From Candidatus Methylomirabilota bacterium (GTDB lineage: Bacteria; Methylomirabilota; Methylomirabilia; Rokubacteriales; CSP1-6), in the NCBI GenBank assembly GCA_035635755.1, contig DASQAK010000264.1:1-35852 (forward strand): 35,852 nucleotides of DNA, read 5' to 3'. The translations under genes and the position numbers were made by a program. The notes below the pieces were generated by a model. It did not search any database. It was not told where the DNA came from and worked only from the letters and a program-made list of their open reading frames with translations. Numbering within the stretch: position 1 is the first letter of the stretch; the number at the start of each line of letters is the position of its first letter. Shown piece after piece: positions 33,429 to 35,852 of this stretch.

Positions 33429-34568
33429 ATGAGGATCGCGGATGTTCGCGCGTTTCCGACGTCGTTCCCCGTGCCGCCCGAGGCCCGTGTCTCGCTCGGC
33501 ATCGGGACGGCGGTCAAGCGCGACGCCGTCGTGGTCAAGGTGACGACGGATGAAGGGCTGGTGGGCTGGGGCGAATCGCATCATGGCCGCTCGCCCGGCG
33601 CCGTCGCCCATCACGCCAATACCACGCTCAAGCAGCTCGTCATGGGAATGGACGCCGCCGACGTGGTCGGCGTCTGGGCCAAGATCTACAAGATGCAGCT
33701 GGGCTCCCACGGAATGGGCGCGGCCACGGCCATCGCCATGAGCGGCATCGACATGGCGCTCTGGGACATCCGCGGCAAGGCGGTGGGCTGGCCGCTCTAT
33801 CGTCTCCTCGGGGGCGCCGCGCGGCCCATCCCGGCCTATGCGGGGGGCGTCTCTCTCGGTTACCAGGAGCCCGCGGCGCTCGTCGACGAGGCGCGCCGCC
33901 ACGTCGAGGCGGGCTACCGCGCGGTGAAGCTCCGTATCGGCGACGCTCCCACGCGGGACCTCGAGCGCGTGGCGGCGGTGCGCAAGGCTTTCGGTGAGGG
34001 ACTGGCCATTCTCTCCGACGCCAACACGGGCTACACCGTGGCCGATGCGCGTCAGGCCATGCCGGGGCTGGAGGCGCACGCCGTCGGCTGGCTCGAGGAG
34101 CCGTTTCCGCCCCACGATCACCGGAGCTATGCGCAGGCGGCCACCTTTGCCCGCGTGCCCCTGGCCGCGGGCGAGAACCACTACACGCGCTTCGAGTTCT
34201 CCCGCGTCATCGAGGACCGCGTCATCACCATCCTGCAGCCCGATCTCTCCAAGACGGGGGGCATCACGGAAGGGCTGCGCATCGCAGCCCTCGCCTCGAC
34301 GTGGAAGCTCTCCATCAACCCGCATACCTCGATGACCGGCCTCAACATGGCCGCGTGCATCCATTTCCTGGCCGCCATCGACAATGCCGGTTACTTCGAG
34401 GCGGACGTCTCCAGGTACAACCTCTTCCGCGACAAGCTCGGCAGCGAGCCCTACCGGATAGACACGGACGGCTGCGTGCGGCCGCTGGAGAAGCCCGGCC
34501 TCGGGGTCGAGATCGACGAGGCGTTTCTGACTGCTCACCCGGTGATCGAGGGCCCCGGCTATGTTTGA
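33429..34568 (+). CDS. Mandelate racemase / muconate lactonizing enzyme family protein (enolase superfamily).
   Basis: KVDAN-type catalytic region (AVKLRIG), metal ligands (LSDANTGY, EEP) and the C-terminal barrel. GGGGGAG SD 6 nt before ATG 33429. Confidence 0.85.
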   Translation: MRIADVRAFPTSFPVPPEARVSLGIGTAVKRDAVVVKVTTDEGLVGWGESHHGRSPGAVAHHANTTLKQLVMGMDAADVVGVWAKIYKMQLGSHGMGAATAIAMSGIDMALWDIRGKAVGWPLYRLLGGAARPIPAYAGGVSLGYQEPAALVDEARRHVEAGYRAVKLRIGDAPTRDLERVAAVRKAFGEGLAILSDANTGYTVADARQAMPGLEAHAVGWLEEPFPPHDHRSYAQAATFARVPLAAGENHYTRFEFSRVIEDRVITILQPDLSKTGGITEGLRIAALASTWKLSINPHTSMTGLNMAACIHFLAAIDNAGYFEADVSRYNLFRDKLGSEPYRIDTDGCVRPLEKPGLGVEIDEAFLTAHPVIEGPGYV

Positions 34569-35852
34569 GGACCGCGGCGGGCTGCGCCTGTCCACCACTT
34601 CCGAGCGCGCCGCCGAGCACTACCGGCTTGGCGTCGACGCGTTCCTCTCCGCCAGCGCGGGCGTCGAGGAGGCTTTCGAGTCGGCGCTCGCGGCGGACCC
34701 AGATTTCGCGCTGGGCCATGCCGCGCGGGCCCGGGGCCTCCAGGCCCGCGGCGCCGTCCCCGCCGCCAAGGAGGCGATTGGCCGCGCGCGCGGGCTCGCG
34801 GCCGCCGTCACGCCGCGCGAGCGCCGCCACATCGAGGCGCTCTCCCTCGCCATCGAGGGCGATCTGACGGGCGGCCTCGCCCTCGTGCGCGAGCATCTCG
34901 CGGACACGCCGCGCGATGCCCTCGTGCTGTCGCTCGTCACCGGGGTCTACAGCCTCGTCGGGGCCAGCGGCCGGCGGGATCGCGACACGCTGCTGCGGGA
35001 CCTGCTCGACGGGGTCGCGACCGCCTACGAGGACGACTGGTGGTTCCTGGGCATGCACGGCTTTGCCTGCACGGAGTCGGGCAACCCGGCGGAGGGCCGG
35101 CGCAAGATCGAGCGGTCGCTGACTCTCCGGCCGCGCAACGCGAACGCGGCCCACGCCCTCGCGCACGTCTTCTATGAAGAGGGCGATAGCCTCGGCGGGG
35201 CGGACTTCGTGAACGGGTGGATCCCGGGGTACGAGCGCACCGCCCAGCTGCATTGCCATCTCTCCTGGCATCTCTCGCTCTTCGAGCTCGGGGCGGGGCG
35301 CGGCGCGCGCGCGCTCGCCGTCTACGAGGACAGCATCCGTCCCGGCGTGGCGCGCTCCGCGGCCACGGGGGCGGTGGCGGACAGCAGCGCGTTCCTGTGG
35401 CGCTGCCAGCTCTGGGGAGTGGGGCCTCCCGAGCTTCCCTGGAGCGAGATCCGGGATTTCGCGACGCGGTCCTTTCCGCGGCCGAGCACGGCCTTCGCCG
35501 AGGCCCACATCGTCATGGCGCTGGCGGCTGCCGGCGACCACGCGGCGGTCGAGAGCCGGCTCGCGGAGCTGCGGCGCATGGAGCGCGAAGGACGCCAGCC
35601 TGCCGGCCCCGTGGTCGCCGACGTCGCCGAGGGCATGGCCGCCTACGCGCGGGGTGACTACGCCGAGGCGATCCGGCTCATCCAGCCGGTCTTCGAGGAG
35701 ATCGTGCGGGTGGGGGGCAGCCGCGCCCAGCGCGACGTCTTCGAGCAGACGCTGCTGAGCTCGTATCTGCGGGCGGGCCGCGTCGAGGATGCCGAAGGAC
35801 TTTTCCGCCGGCGCCTCGAGGGCCGCCCCGCCGTGCCGGGCCATCTCTCCCC
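34561..35852 (+). CDS. Tetratricopeptide-repeat protein (TTC38-like family). Partial; continues beyond window end. Not in the ORF track because no stop is reached.
   Basis: Open frame from ATG 34561 (overlapping the upstream TGA) to the window end with high GC3: MFEDRGGLRLSTTSERAAEHYRLGVDAFLS...WWFLGMHGFACTESG...HALAHVFYEEGD...LHCHLSWHLSLFELG... The 500-aa minus-strand ORF opposite is antisense. Confidence 0.6.
   Translation, partial: MFEDRGGLRLSTTSERAAEHYRLGVDAFLSASAGVEEAFESALAADPDFALGHAARARGLQARGAVPAAKEAIGRARGLAAAVTPRERRHIEALSLAIEGDLTGGLALVREHLADTPRDALVLSLVTGVYSLVGASGRRDRDTLLRDLLDGVATAYEDDWWFLGMHGFACTESGNPAEGRRKIERSLTLRPRNANAAHALAHVFYEEGDSLGGADFVNGWIPGYERTAQLHCHLSWHLSLFELGAGRGARALAVYEDSIRPGVARSAATGAVADSSAFLWRCQLWGVGPPELPWSEIRDFATRSFPRPSTAFAEAHIVMALAAAGDHAAVESRLAELRRMEREGRQPAGPVVADVAEGMAAYARGDYAEAIRLIQPVFEEIVRVGGSRAQRDVFEQTLLSSYLRAGRVEDAEGLFRRRLEGRPAVPGHLS

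Noticed and set aside
34342-35844. 500-aa minus-strand ORF.
   Set aside because: Antisense to the enolase-superfamily gene end and to the TTC38-like TPR gene, which is open in the plus frame to the window end with conserved motifs.

Overview
High-GC (~70%) bacterial chromosomal segment from an organism with Gram-negative-type envelope features (Tat and lipoprotein signals, Slt70, periplasmic MsrPQ). Taxon is not assignable from sequence alone. Genes are densely packed on both strands.

Main contents, left to right:
1. A sigma54/RtcR-controlled RNA-repair locus. rtcR (GAFTGA activator with CARF-like N-terminus) is divergent from an operon encoding an SPFH/band-7 protein, RtcB and RtcA. The operon has a long, highly structured leader that contains a canonical tRNA T-arm motif.
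2. A ~1 kb AT-rich island inserted exactly at the rtcR stop codon. It carries a PIN (VapC-like) toxin and an atypical 164-aa upstream partner, and is flanked by imperfect direct repeats.
3. An aromatic-catabolism cluster: cytochrome P450 (apparently frameshifted), a homogentisate-dioxygenase-family protein, an alpha/beta hydrolase and a gentisate-1,2-dioxygenase-like bicupin.
4. Housekeeping and miscellaneous genes: DoxX, DmpA-like peptidase, cNMP-binding protein, hisC, glnD, a CDP-alcohol phosphatidyltransferase, Slt lytic transglycosylase, an RDD protein, an M48 lipoprotein peptidase, a PLD/Nuc-like protein, msrPQ, an Nfu-type Fe-S protein, an enoyl-CoA hydratase and a large secreted TPR protein.
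5. A sulfur/redox cluster: DUF385 deazaflavin-type reductase, Tat-secreted nicotinamidase/isochorismatase, a VKOR-thioredoxin fusion, a 3-mercaptopyruvate sulfurtransferase, a cysteine dioxygenase, an enolase-superfamily enzyme and a TTC38-like TPR protein.

The two most notable findings:
1. The VKOR-thioredoxin fusion has an in-frame TGA exactly where the first Cys of the thioredoxin CxxC motif should be. A SECIS-like hairpin follows 8-52 nt downstream, making this a strong selenocysteine (UxxC) candidate.
2. A family of composite REP/MITE-like structured repeats (shared modules GTTCGAGCTGAG-N-GCGAGGCGAGGGCTGAGT and GGCGAAGCAAATTGGCCCAGTACC) occupies five intergenic sites. A sixth, related inverted-repeat element embeds the stop codons of two convergent genes.

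Many long ORFs in the six-frame track are antisense or alternative-frame artefacts of the high GC content and are rejected below.
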